Below, piece by piece: positions 1 to 10,206 of a stretch of 64,000 nt of DNA (the stretch's first letter is position 1; every line of letters starts with the position of its first letter). Origin of the DNA: an uncultured archaeon (GTDB taxonomy: Archaea > Nanobdellota > Nanobdellia > Woesearchaeales > UBA583). Under the pieces are notes generated by a model. That model worked only from the letters and a program-made list of their open reading frames with translations, had not been told where the DNA came from and did not search any database. The stretch covers positions 616-64,615 of the forward strand of contig CAKZOW010000075.1 of the NCBI GenBank assembly GCA_937138345.1, in the 5' to 3' direction. Made by a program: the position numbers and the translations under genes.

Positions 1-75
1 AGCGTTTAGAGTATATAACGTGTTCTTCAAGGATTGAGGCAACTCAGCAATAGCTCAACGAGCTTGCCGTGGCCT

Positions 76-897
76 TTAAGAAGTACAAATATAAACAGGG
101 TTAAAAAAACAATTGTTTAATTTTGGAGTGCAAACTATGAAAACTCTTGGAAAAGCTATTGCTGCAGCTTCACTGGCTGCTATTAGTCTCAATCTTTCCC
201 TGTGCAAATTAGCATCATGTTTATCAGCTAATATTGGGCTTTTTCTTCTTTGTCTTGAACTCAATTGAGCATCAAGTAAGCTTTTATTTCCTTCTTCAAA
301 AATTGCTTTTAAGTTTAAACCAACTTCCATCGGTTCAATACCTAGACGAGTTAAAACACCAGCAAGATCTGCTGAAATTTCATCTCCTTCTTTAGCAACT
401 AATGAATCTTCCTTAATTTCTACCTTACCAGCATTAATACCAGCTTTAATTTTTAAAGCCCCTAATTCTCCAATAATTGGACCTGGTGCGAAAGAAGTAG
501 GACCTGCAGGAACTACAATATCATTTGGTGCAACTTGACCTGACTTAGCAGGTGCAGATGATTTATTTTTCTTAATAAATTTGTATAATGAGAAAGGATT
601 ATCATTTGTAAATACAAGACCTACAACTCCTGAACATTTACTAGCAAGTTCAGAAATTCCTTTGTGAGTTTCTTCTAATTCTCCTAATACTAATTCAATT
701 AAGTTTTTCTTTACAATAAGAACTTCAGCAGTTTTCTTTAGAGATGCTCTAATTCTTTGAAACTGAGGTGCAGGTAATCCAGTAACATCTACAACTCCCA
801 CAATGTTGTATTGTTTAGCATATGCTCTAATTTTATCAGCAAATACTTTGTTTCTAGGACTAACTTTTGCACTATAACTTGATACATCAACTACCAT
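76..897 (-). CDS. rplP0: 50S ribosomal protein P0 (uL10), archaeal type
   Basis: Track ORF is 76..936. I start at the internal ATG at 897 (MVVDVSS...), just downstream of the L1 stop at 899-901. Archaeal P0 core present (PAGPTSFAPGPIIGELGALKIKAGINAGKVEI). The C-terminus lacks the usual acidic stalk tail. Confidence 0.85.
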   Translation of the reverse strand: MVVDVSSYSAKVSPRNKVFADKIRAYAKQYNIVGVVDVTGLPAPQFQRIRASLKKTAEVLIVKKNLIELVLGELEETHKGISELASKCSGVVGLVFTNDNPFSLYKFIKKNKSSAPAKSGQVAPNDIVVPAGPTSFAPGPIIGELGALKIKAGINAGKVEIKEDSLVAKEGDEISADLAGVLTRLGIEPMEVGLNLKAIFEEGNKSLLDAQLSSRQRRKSPILADKHDANLHRERLRLIAASEAAAIAFPRVFIVCTPKLNNCFFNPVYICTS

Positions 898-898
898 T

Positions 899-1549
899 TT
901 ATAATACCACCACCTTACCCATAGTAAGTTTAACACCGATGTTCTTTACATTGTGTTCATGATTTGGAAGAGCATGAATCAATGCTTCTTGAACTGCAAT
1001 AATATTTTTTGCAATTGTTTCATCACTTTCTTTTTCAGAACCAATTGATGCTTGAATAACTAAGTTTTTCTTAGTTGTAATATGTGCAGTTTTTTGTAAT
1101 TTATCATATAATGGTTGCAGAGGTGTTTTTGAAGCAATAACCATACCTAATTTAGGTGAAGGCATTTTGTTCATAGGACCTAAGTAACGACCAAGAATCT
1201 GAGCAAATAAAGGCATGTGATTTGCTTGAACAACAAATTTATCATATTCGTGAGTTAGTTTTCTAATCTCAGTCATATTACCTTTAAGAGCAGTTAACTC
1301 GTCATTATATAATACTTTATCAAAAACTTCATCAGCACCCTCAACTCCGTGATCAACAATAACACAGATTTTGAGTTTTTTTGGTTTGATTTGAGAAGAA
1401 AGTGTTACACCAAGATCTACTTTATGATCTGGTCTTTTCAAATCCATTTGTTGTAGATTGAAAACTAGATCAAAAGTTTGTGTGAAATTTCTTGGTTTAG
1501 AAAGCTCTCTTGCTTCCTTAATTTTTTCAGTAACTTCTTTGATATTCAT
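899..1549 (-). CDS. rpl1: 50S ribosomal protein uL1
   Basis: 216 aa with full-length uL1-like sequence (MNIKEVTEKIKEARELSKPRNFTQTFDL...). GGAGGAG Shine-Dalgarno upstream. Tightly coupled to P0 downstream. Confidence 0.9.
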   Translation of the reverse strand: MNIKEVTEKIKEARELSKPRNFTQTFDLVFNLQQMDLKRPDHKVDLGVTLSSQIKPKKLKICVIVDHGVEGADEVFDKVLYNDELTALKGNMTEIRKLTHEYDKFVVQANHMPLFAQILGRYLGPMNKMPSPKLGMVIASKTPLQPLYDKLQKTAHITTKKNLVIQASIGSEKESDETIAKNIIAVQEALIHALPNHEHNVKNIGVKLTMGKVVVL

Positions 1550-1729
1550 TATATATCTCCTCCTATAAGCGCTATTTTTACATAATGTAAAAATCCCTGA
1601 GACCAGAAAAGACTGGAGACAAGGTCCCTAACTTATAGTCAAATAGAGTGGGATAGAAAAAATTAACACTAAATTCTTTATAAAACTTAGTGAAAGTGAC
1701 AGATAAACATAAGATAAAAAGCACCTAAA

Positions 1730-2662
1730 TTATGAAATTCCTAAAGACCTTGAATCCTGATCAAAACGAATAACTCCATCTTCTTTAATTGAATATATAT
1801 AAGAAAAAGAACCCGATGTTTTTGTATTTGTAATGGAGTCTAAATCATAATCTAGAGATGATACATCACATACCAACACTAACGAATCTAAACTTGAACT
1901 CAGAAGTGTCTCTTGAGCTTCAACATATTCTGAATCAATTACATAAAAATTCCTACAACTAAGTCTTTGACTCCCAAATTGAATTGAAATATCTTCTATT
2001 TGAACTACCGTCTCATCTAATAAACTTGAAGAATCTTCAATAGTGTAGAGAATTTGAAATATTGAATCATCATTTGTAGGTAAAATCTCTATTTTTCTCA
2101 TCTTCACTGGTGCTGCCTGAGATGGCCTATCAGTTTTAATAATATAATTTTCTAAATCTAATTCAACATTATTATCAAAAGTAGTTTCATAATCATAAAC
2201 TACCTTAAGCGTATAGATGAAATCTTCATTAGTATAATCTCTGTAGTACTCTTCACGAACATCAAGCACTCCTGAAAACGAAATTCTCTCGCCAGAGGGT
2301 GGAATTTGAACAGTATTCCCTCTTGAAAATAATTTCTCATAAAATGAAGTTAAAGAATCTTCTGTGAAAATGCTTTGCCCATCCAATCTCTCTTCTGTTG
2401 TAAAAATAACATTTTCTCGTAAAAGTTCAACTGGTTTATCTCCTGTATTTCTCATCTCAAAAGTATATCTTAATTTTGGAAGTAAAGTGTCATCAATATC
2501 AAGAGAAATCTCTAAACCATTCCCTGTTGTAGGTGTATCAATAGATCCTTGTTTTCCTTGTGATCCAAAAGTAAACCAACCTGAGAGCGAATTTGAAGAA
2601 TCAGTAGAACATCCAGAAATAAATACTACTAACAACAATATAGAAAATAACTTGTAATTCAT
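1730..2662 (-). CDS. secreted putative lipoprotein, function unknown
   Basis: Track ORF is 1730..2716. I start at the ATG at 2662 (MNYKLFSILLLVVFISGC|STDSS). Signal peptide ends in a lipobox-like ISGC. Confidence 0.6.
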   Translation of the reverse strand: MNYKLFSILLLVVFISGCSTDSSNSLSGWFTFGSQGKQGSIDTPTTGNGLEISLDIDDTLLPKLRYTFEMRNTGDKPVELLRENVIFTTEERLDGQSIFTEDSLTSFYEKLFSRGNTVQIPPSGERISFSGVLDVREEYYRDYTNEDFIYTLKVVYDYETTFDNNVELDLENYIIKTDRPSQAAPVKMRKIEILPTNDDSIFQILYTIEDSSSLLDETVVQIEDISIQFGSQRLSCRNFYVIDSEYVEAQETLLSSSLDSLVLVCDVSSLDYDLDSITNTKTSGSFSYIYSIKEDGVIRFDQDSRSLGIS

Positions 2663-2797
2663 AACATATAAGAAAAAAATGCATTTAAATAATTTCTCAA
2701 TAACTCCTAGAGACAACTCAAAAAATAATCTCTAAGCTAAATGACTCTATTAAGAGTTGTGACTAAGGTTTATAAAATAAAAATACTCAAAAAAAAT

Positions 2798-3391
2798 ATG
2801 TTTACAATAGAACTCCTAACACTTCTCAAATCCATAAAACAAAGCGACAATCCTACTTCTTACTATCCATCACTATATAAACTCATCTCAGAGAATGAAG
2901 ACAAATATCTAGCATTTAAACAAACTCCTGAATATACTCAAGAAATTGAAACCATCATTACTACAGCTATTGAAACTACAAAACAAAAAGAAGAAGAAGC
3001 AAAACTTGACATAATCGACGATGATTTCTCAAAAATAAAACAAGTATATCTCCTATGGCAACAAGAATACAACAAAACACAATCAATTTCACCCAAAAAC
3101 TCTGAACTCGTAGAAAGTATCATTAATTTCTATGCAGAAAACAGATTTGATGTTTTAGAGAAAATTCTAGAAATAGAAACAGATAGAGATTATGAATTAT
3201 TTAAAAATCATCTAAGAAATAAACTCAGAACATATTTTAGCAATAAAATGCTAGAGTACTCAAAGTCTCAACAATACAATAAGCTCAATTTCATTAATAA
3301 ATTTAAGAAAAAAAAAGAAGTAGTAGATCTACTCAATGAAATAAATGCTTACACATTTAATGTTAAAAAAATAAAAGAGGTGTTACAATGA
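2798..3391 (+). CDS. hypothetical protein (charged, coiled-coil-like)
   Basis: Track ORF is 2741..3391. The ATG at 2798 (MFTIELL) lies about 25 nt after an AT-rich TATA-like box. A 4-bp ATGA overlap joins it to the next ORF. Confidence 0.5.
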   Translation: MFTIELLTLLKSIKQSDNPTSYYPSLYKLISENEDKYLAFKQTPEYTQEIETIITTAIETTKQKEEEAKLDIIDDDFSKIKQVYLLWQQEYNKTQSISPKNSELVESIINFYAENRFDVLEKILEIETDRDYELFKNHLRNKLRTYFSNKMLEYSKSQQYNKLNFINKFKKKKEVVDLLNEINAYTFNVKKIKEVLQ

Positions 3392-4815
3392 GCCTAGAAG
3401 ATGCAATTAGAGAAAATACTCTAAGTAATGAGAGAATGCAAGATAGTATTGAAAGACAAGAGCATGAGAAAATTAAAAATCCTTATGAAATACTTTTTAG
3501 ACTAACTCAAATTTTTACAATAGTATTTGTATCATCTCTTCTTTGGAGATATGATTTTTTTTCATATTTTCCTGTATTACAAGAAACTTTATTTACTATA
3601 ATGCTAAGTATGAATCCTGCATTTGTATTTGTATATTCAACTTACGCAATACTACTAACATTTTTAATTTACTTTGACATCATTTGGTACCTTTTTATCA
3701 AAACATTTTTCTTTGGATTTGAAAAATCAATGAAATCATTTTCAAAATCATTTCAAACATACCAAGTACCCCTACTAATAATACTAGTATTTATTTTTGC
3801 AGTTGATATGTCGTTTTTTGATGGAGAAGAATACCTCTCTGCAGGAGAAGTAGAATTTAGAGCATCATGGGATGAAGAAGAAGGAGAAACTAAATCAAAA
3901 TTTGAGAGATGGATAGAACAAACATCATGTCAATTTTCACCTGCTTGTCTTCTTGAACAAAAAAATGTCAATGATGTTGAAGTAGTCGATAGTACTTCAT
4001 ATAGATTCAATTTAGATAAAGAAAAAATACTCAATAATTATAAAGAACAATACCTAAATAAAATTCCTATCCCTTACAGTGTTGAGGCTAAAGGAAATGA
4101 GATAATTCTCAACAAATTAGAATGCTACATCGACGGTGTAGATGAGAACAATTTAATAAATACTACAAATCTTAATGAAAGAATCATAAAGCACAATAAT
4201 GAAAGAATCATAGATGGCCTTTACTGCGATCTCTCATCACTTGCCACCGAACAATACTATGATAAAGAAGTAAAAATATATCCTGTACTCTATTATACAA
4301 TAATTACTGATTTTGCTCAAGAAATACCTTTTGTCGATTATAATGAATATAAACTAAAACATCCAGGAAAAGAAGAATTTGAAATTGAATCTCTCATCCA
4401 AGAAGAATATTCAATTCCAAAAGGAGTAAAAACAACAGACATCATAGAAATTGAACCAATACTCTCACCCGAACCACCTGTTATTTTACAAAATCCAAAT
4501 GAATTTGCAAGTAATGAACTTTTACTTCAAATTAAATTTAGATCATATACTACATCACTTGGAAGTATTGAGAAAACAACAATTTTGAATATGACATATC
4601 CAAACACATATCTAAATTTAATCGATGATATACAATATCCTAAAACAATTAGTTCAAGAAATGGAGAGAGTTCTGATTTTATTGAATTTGGAATCAATAG
4701 TGGGTCAACACTACAAGGATCAGAAATTGTTAGAGAAGATATTAAATTTTCAATTGAGACACAAATGAAACTAAGTAAAAATTATATTGAATTTGTAATA
4801 AATAAAAATTCCTAA
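3388..4815 (+). CDS. hypothetical membrane protein with large extracytoplasmic domain
   Basis: 475-aa ORF with N-terminal hydrophobic helices. Translationally coupled to the upstream ORF. No recognisable motifs. Confidence 0.5.
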   Translation: MSLEDAIRENTLSNERMQDSIERQEHEKIKNPYEILFRLTQIFTIVFVSSLLWRYDFFSYFPVLQETLFTIMLSMNPAFVFVYSTYAILLTFLIYFDIIWYLFIKTFFFGFEKSMKSFSKSFQTYQVPLLIILVFIFAVDMSFFDGEEYLSAGEVEFRASWDEEEGETKSKFERWIEQTSCQFSPACLLEQKNVNDVEVVDSTSYRFNLDKEKILNNYKEQYLNKIPIPYSVEAKGNEIILNKLECYIDGVDENNLINTTNLNERIIKHNNERIIDGLYCDLSSLATEQYYDKEVKIYPVLYYTIITDFAQEIPFVDYNEYKLKHPGKEEFEIESLIQEEYSIPKGVKTTDIIEIEPILSPEPPVILQNPNEFASNELLLQIKFRSYTTSLGSIEKTTILNMTYPNTYLNLIDDIQYPKTISSRNGESSDFIEFGINSGSTLQGSEIVREDIKFSIETQMKLSKNYIEFVINKNS

Positions 4816-5996
4816 TGTTGTAATTGAGATTCAATAGTTTGAATAAATCTTTTTTTAAATTCATCAAAATCTTGCTTATTAACAGAACAACCACCTGCTT
4901 GATCATGACCTCCACCTTGACCATTAAGTCCAATTAGTGAATCAGAAATTGGTTTATTTACAATATAAGGATATCTTGATCTAAATGAGCAAGAATACCA
5001 CTCTGAATCCATTTTTGTAAAAATAAGCCACAATACTTTTGCTTCAGGTATCCTGTAGAGTAACTCTTCTGAGAGTTGCCTATTATAAGATGTTTTTCCT
5101 TTATGTTCAAATACTACAAATTCACGGCCCTTATTTTTGTCAACTGCTTTTTTCATAAGTTCCTTATGTTTCTTCATAAAAGCTGCATAATCTTCAAACA
5201 AAAAACCTTGACCTGCATCAATTGATATAATTAAATCATTAAAATCAATTTTTCTAATAATATCAACAGCTCTAGGAATATTCTCTGATTCAAGCTTATA
5301 GATAAAATCAACTAAACCTCTAATTTTCCCTAAATTTGTCTCATACCAAATCATCTGGATAAGTTGAGTTCTCTTCTCTTGAACAGAGATGTCATTAAAT
5401 TCATATGTTTTAATAAAATCAACTAATTCTGTTTTTCTTTTATCATCAATATTAATTAAAAAATCAAACAAACCTCTCTTTAAAGTATATAAATCCAATA
5501 GACAATCGAGTAAAAAGAAATCTGAAACCGACCCAATACAAACTAAAGGTAAGTTTTTTTTACTATTTTGAGAAATTAGATATGCCCAATAACATGAAGG
5601 CCTAGAATCTTTTGAATCAATATGAAGAAGCGGATTGAAATAGGTAATAGAATACTTCTCAACTAAAGGCAACATTGCATTAGTATGATGATCAACATAA
5701 TACATTTTTCTCAGTGGATTTTGTCCTAGTAAATGCTCTAAAAGTTCTTCCTCAATATGAGGCGTATCAAAAAAAAAAATTACATCGTGGTCTGAGCTAA
5801 CACATTCCTCAAAAGCTTTTAATTGAACGTCTTTAGTTTTAGAAATTGAAGTGGCCTGGAGTTTTGAATTTAAGTTTTTTAATTGAAAATATGAAAAAGT
5901 ACCATCCGCATCAGAATCATGAAATAAAAAAGGTTTTTTTGCATCTTTGAGTGCTGAAGAAAAATCAGCTAAGCGTTCTTGATAAGAAATATCCAT
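4812..5996 (-). CDS. DHH/DHHA1 family phosphoesterase (RecJ-like)
   Basis: DHH motifs present: HDSDADG, FFFDTPH, YYVDHHTN, plus the DHHA1 motif GGGHDQAGG. Confidence 0.7.
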   Translation of the reverse strand: MDISYQERLADFSSALKDAKKPFLFHDSDADGTFSYFQLKNLNSKLQATSISKTKDVQLKAFEECVSSDHDVIFFFDTPHIEEELLEHLLGQNPLRKMYYVDHHTNAMLPLVEKYSITYFNPLLHIDSKDSRPSCYWAYLISQNSKKNLPLVCIGSVSDFFLLDCLLDLYTLKRGLFDFLINIDDKRKTELVDFIKTYEFNDISVQEKRTQLIQMIWYETNLGKIRGLVDFIYKLESENIPRAVDIIRKIDFNDLIISIDAGQGFLFEDYAAFMKKHKELMKKAVDKNKGREFVVFEHKGKTSYNRQLSEELLYRIPEAKVLWLIFTKMDSEWYSCSFRSRYPYIVNKPISDSLIGLNGQGGGHDQAGGCSVNKQDFDEFKKRFIQTIESQLQH

Positions 5997-6035
5997 AACA
6001 AAATAAATATTCTTTAATTTAAAAACATCTCCTAA

Positions 6036-6950
6036 TTATAAAAACAAAATTGTTACAATATAGAAGAAAAAAAGAGCTAAATCTGCACCAAAATGAAGCA
6101 GAACTGGATAAAAAAAATTCCCCTCATACTTCTTAGATTTAAAAGTATAAAAATACTGTGCCATAACCATGAAAATGAAAAGAAGAACATAATAGCTTGT
6201 AATAAAAAACAAATAAGAAGTTGCAAAATTTTCAAAATAATGTTTAACTAGTACTTCAAATCTTAAAAGGTGAAAACAAACAAAAAGAATTGATACTTGA
6301 AACATTGCATCCCATCTCGTTGTAATTGTTCTATAAGAATTATGTAAAAAGCCAGAAAAAATCATCTGCTCAGAGAGACCAATAATTAAAGAAGAAAAAA
6401 CAATAAATTTCATAAAATCAAAAAATGAACCTGAGGCCGCAATATCAATAAATAGTTGAGGTACTGGTTCATGAATTAAATAAAATAAAAAACCAAGTGA
6501 AAACCCAATTAAAAAAACTCCTCCTGCAATTTTATATGAAAATTTTTTTAAATTTCCCAAAAATGTTTGATGCTGTCCTGAAAAAACTAAAAAAATATAA
6601 GAAATCAAAACTGAATAAAACAAAATATAAATATAACTCTGAGATCCCAACAAATCTGTTAAAAATTGAGCAACATAAGGATAAAGAAAATAAAAAAAAA
6701 TAAACATATTTGTCAAAATCAATGTTTTAGAGAGTTTTCTTGAACGTTTAAAATAGAAATAGCCCAAAATTATTGTCAAAATAATAGTAAAATAAAAAAA
6801 ATAAGATAATTTAAAATCAAAGAGAAATGTAATAATTACTAGAAGAACTAAACCAAAATTAATAAGAAACACTAATTTCTTTTCTAACTCAAAAATTGAT
6901 TTTAAATCCATAGTATCTAAGAGTTGAGAGTTAAGAAAATTTATAAACAT
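6036..6950 (-). CDS. CPBP family intramembrane metalloprotease (CAAX/Abi-like)
   Basis: Polytopic membrane protein with CPBP-like motifs SEQMIFSGFL, FVCFHLL and LLHFGADL. The start may be the internal Met at 6911. Confidence 0.55.
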   Translation of the reverse strand: MFINFLNSQLLDTMDLKSIFELEKKLVFLINFGLVLLVIITFLFDFKLSYFFYFTIILTIILGYFYFKRSRKLSKTLILTNMFIFFYFLYPYVAQFLTDLLGSQSYIYILFYSVLISYIFLVFSGQHQTFLGNLKKFSYKIAGGVFLIGFSLGFLFYLIHEPVPQLFIDIAASGSFFDFMKFIVFSSLIIGLSEQMIFSGFLHNSYRTITTRWDAMFQVSILFVCFHLLRFEVLVKHYFENFATSYLFFITSYYVLLFIFMVMAQYFYTFKSKKYEGNFFYPVLLHFGADLALFFFYIVTILFL

Positions 6951-6968
6951 TTTTCACTCAAAAAATGT

Positions 6969-8882
6969 ATGATACTTAAAGAATTTAAGGATAAATACCT
7001 TACAAAAAATGTAATGGTCTCAATTTATTTTGTATTCTTCATTGCACTAAATATCTTCGATTTCTTAGGACTTTTAAGTCAAGATTTAGATTTTTTCAAA
7101 AAAATACTTTCATGGGCATTAATTTGTATATTGTTTTACCAAATCAGTTTAACAAAAATTTTCATAGGTGAAAAAATAAAAAAATATGATTTCTTTTATA
7201 TCTTAGGTTTTCTTATCCTAATTATCCCAAAAACACTCAAGCACTATTTCAATACTGTTTTTTTAGACCAGTTCGTTATTTTCTCAACCATAATTAGTTA
7301 CATTGAACTACTCCTTGATTCATATTTGAACTTTGTACCTTCATTTTTTTTAGGAATTATGATATTGCTGCTAACTAATTTCACTCTTTTAAGTAATCAC
7401 AGAGTAAAAGAACAAAGTTTTGTTGGAAGCCTACATCTTCAATCCACATTTGGACATAGAATCACAACACACATCACACTAACATTACTAGTGTTTTTCT
7501 TTGCTTTTGTAATTGCACCATTTTTCCTAGAGTGGTTTGCCCTAAGTGTTGATGCACTCATACTAATTATTGGACTTATGTATTATCTAAGTATATTTAT
7601 CCATAAATTTAGAGAAGGAGGTAAAGTTTCTAATTTCTTAAGTTTAGTTTCAAATACCGGATCGCAGTTTTTCAAAGATTTAATTCAAACATTTTCACAT
7701 AAAAAAACATTTTTCATCGGAGTTAGTTTTCTTTTAGCCCTACACCTTCTTGTAGATATTGGAATTTACATGATCCCATATTTACTTGGAACATCATCAC
7801 CTCTATACTTTGATTCTTTAGATGTTGGAGATGATAAAACACATATCCCTATTTTCAATATATTTAATTTTGAGAATTCTAGAATTTTCGCAGAAGTATC
7901 TGCAATAACTTCCCCTGAAAACAATTCTCCAGCACTCATTAAAATTATTCAATTTATATTTATCATCTGCCTTTATTTAAGCTCATATATTTTCATAATG
8001 CTCCTATTATTATTTCCATTTTATTATGTCTATAAAAGAATAAATAATGAACTAGTACATATACCAAACAAGATGATCATCTTTATTATTTCAATGACTC
8101 TTTTTGTAATCCTCTCGCAAGATATAATCATGAGTACAATATCCATGCCTATTTTAATTGGACCTACTCAAGTAGATAGTGTCGTAGGGGTAGATATATA
8201 CACTTCATCGATTTTTAAAGAAGGGCAAAGTTTAAGCTCAGTTGATTTTTCTGAGACAATTTCACTACTCATTTTTTTTATTTTACTCTTTGTATTATTT
8301 GTTGTAATCAAATTTCAAAAATACAAAAAAATATTCTCAACGATAACTTATTGTATTTTTCTTCTCTTTTTCATTGCATATACACTCACATTTTATTATG
8401 CATCAAATAATCAAGTAATGGGTAATCTTTTTAGTGAAAAAACAAGTTCTTATGAAAGATTTATAGAACTCGAAAAAGAAATTACTCCAGAGCTAGGGTA
8501 TCAAAAAATTAAAACTATTACCTTTGAGGATAACACTAAAATTGAAGGTTTTGCATATAATTTAGGAGAAAAAACTCTATTTTATGGAACTTATACCACA
8601 GACGAAGATACTGAAAAAAAACTAAGAAAAAACGATAATATAGCAATCTCAACAATTGATAAAAAAATAATAATCTCACTTGAAACAATCAAATATAACA
8701 ATGAAAACATAGAAGAAGCCATTCAGGAAAAACTCATAACAAATAACAATACTGTTCAAGAGACATTTATTCAATTCATCCTCTATATTGCATTTTTCTT
8801 CTCAACAATATTTTATGTTGTAGGAATAAGCATATTCTCATACCACTACATCAAAACACTTCTAAGACGAGAATTGAATTAA
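6969..8882 (+). CDS. large polytopic membrane protein, function unknown
   Basis: Track ORF is 6924..8882. The ATG at 6969 avoids overlap with the divergent gene. More than 12 hydrophobic segments. No recognisable motifs. Confidence 0.5.
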   Translation: MILKEFKDKYLTKNVMVSIYFVFFIALNIFDFLGLLSQDLDFFKKILSWALICILFYQISLTKIFIGEKIKKYDFFYILGFLILIIPKTLKHYFNTVFLDQFVIFSTIISYIELLLDSYLNFVPSFFLGIMILLLTNFTLLSNHRVKEQSFVGSLHLQSTFGHRITTHITLTLLVFFFAFVIAPFFLEWFALSVDALILIIGLMYYLSIFIHKFREGGKVSNFLSLVSNTGSQFFKDLIQTFSHKKTFFIGVSFLLALHLLVDIGIYMIPYLLGTSSPLYFDSLDVGDDKTHIPIFNIFNFENSRIFAEVSAITSPENNSPALIKIIQFIFIICLYLSSYIFIMLLLLFPFYYVYKRINNELVHIPNKMIIFIISMTLFVILSQDIIMSTISMPILIGPTQVDSVVGVDIYTSSIFKEGQSLSSVDFSETISLLIFFILLFVLFVVIKFQKYKKIFSTITYCIFLLFFIAYTLTFYYASNNQVMGNLFSEKTSSYERFIELEKEITPELGYQKIKTITFEDNTKIEGFAYNLGEKTLFYGTYTTDEDTEKKLRKNDNIAISTIDKKIIISLETIKYNNENIEEAIQEKLITNNNTVQETFIQFILYIAFFFSTIFYVVGISIFSYHYIKTLLRRELN

Positions 8883-8887
8883 TTAAA

Positions 8888-9634
8888 TTAATTCTTTTTT
8901 GAATGTAATTGCCACAAAAAAATTAAACCTACAACCATAAAAAGTAGTGAAAGTAGTTGTCCCATACCAATTGGCCCCACCCAAACTTCTGGTTCTCTAG
9001 TAAAATTAACTAAAAATCTCAAACCATTATAGAGAATTAAAAACCATGCTGTAAGAACTCCAGGTTTAAGTGATTTAAATACATATAAAAAAAGTAATAC
9101 TTGAAAAATAAAAAAGTTTTTTGCACTCTCATATAGTTGAGATGGATGTCTTAGTTGATCATCAACTAATGGGAAAGTTACTCCAAAAGACGATGATGTA
9201 ACCTTCCCAACTAATTCTTGATTAATATAATTAGTAATTCTTCCAAAAGCCATCACCAAAGTTAGAGGAATTACTAAAACATCTAATAATTTTAAAACAG
9301 GTACTCTATAATGCCTACATGCGTAAATAATTGCTACTGCACCACCAAAAATTCCTCCATGAATAGACATACCACCTTGATCCACACGAATAATTGCTAG
9401 AGGATTTGCTAAGAAATAATCTAAATTATAAAATAAAATATGACCTAATCTTCCACCAAGAAGTCCAAATAACATCCCATAAAACAAAATATTTTCCAGT
9501 GTCTCTTTTTTTGCTCCAATAAAATTACTCTGAGTTCTAACAAACCAATAAGTAAATAAAAAACCAAGAGCATAGACTAGACCATACCAGTAAATATCAA
9601 TTGGTCCAACACTAAGAGCAATAGGAGAAATCAT
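8888..9634 (-). CDS. lgt: prolipoprotein diacylglyceryl transferase (bacterial-type Lgt)
   Basis: Lgt signatures present: IYWYGLVYALGF, GGRLGH, SIHGGIFGG, FGRITNYINQELVG, RHPSQLYES. Confidence 0.85.
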   Translation of the reverse strand: MISPIALSVGPIDIYWYGLVYALGFLFTYWFVRTQSNFIGAKKETLENILFYGMLFGLLGGRLGHILFYNLDYFLANPLAIIRVDQGGMSIHGGIFGGAVAIIYACRHYRVPVLKLLDVLVIPLTLVMAFGRITNYINQELVGKVTSSSFGVTFPLVDDQLRHPSQLYESAKNFFIFQVLLFLYVFKSLKPGVLTAWFLILYNGLRFLVNFTREPEVWVGPIGMGQLLSLLFMVVGLIFLWQLHSKKN

Positions 9635-9636
9635 AG

Positions 9637-10188
9637 TTAATTATATTGAATTGGATTCTCATCATAATACTTTTCAAGTTGCTCTTTTAAAGTATTATCT
9701 TTTGAAAAAGTCATTTCTCTAAACTCATAAGAAGGATAATTTTTTTGAGATTCTTCATGAAGTGATTTTGTTTGTTTAACTAAATCAAGAGAAAATGGAT
9801 TTTCTACTACAAAAAAATCAATATATGCATTAATGAATTCCTCCCTTACTTTTTCATCTGGAAACCTTGTAGTAATTGTGATTTTTAAAAGCTCTTTTAA
9901 TGTGTATAAAATCATCTCTTCAGGTAAAATAGAATACTCAACAGTAATTGGTTCTGAAAATGATTTAAATTGTTCAGCCCTTACAATAAAAATATCTAAA
10001 GTCTCAGGTAAAACATAACCTAAAGTTTCTTCTAAGAATGTTTTATGTGTTTCTAATTCTGGTAATAATGGTAAGAATCTATCTTTATCTGAGAGTAAAG
10101 ATGCAAAATTTTTAATTTGCTCCATTTCATTAAATGTAGGATTTAAAATTTGGTTATATTCATAAGAATATTTTGGATTAAGTTTCAT
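9637..10188 (-). CDS. hypothetical protein
   Basis: 183-aa ORF directly downstream of lgt. No recognisable motifs. Confidence 0.45.
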   Translation of the reverse strand: MKLNPKYSYEYNQILNPTFNEMEQIKNFASLLSDKDRFLPLLPELETHKTFLEETLGYVLPETLDIFIVRAEQFKSFSEPITVEYSILPEEMILYTLKELLKITITTRFPDEKVREEFINAYIDFFVVENPFSLDLVKQTKSLHEESQKNYPSYEFREMTFSKDNTLKEQLEKYYDENPIQYN

Positions 10189-10206
10189 AAAAAATAGTAG
10201 ACTTAC

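Noticed and set aside
1-75. The start of ribosomal protein P1 (L12) downstream of P0
   Set aside because: It would be expected by operon order. However, the only candidate (TTG AAG AAC ACG TTA TAT...) has no ATG or Shine-Dalgarno and does not resemble the conserved MEY(I/V)YAALLL start. There is too little sequence to call it.
1550-1640. An L1 autoregulatory mRNA structure in the rpl1 leader (repeated AGGGA, CCAG-UCUUUU-CUGG hairpin)
   Set aside because: Only a 4-bp stem could be drawn. I cannot reproduce the 23S L1-stalk mimic from memory with confidence, so it is left uncalled.
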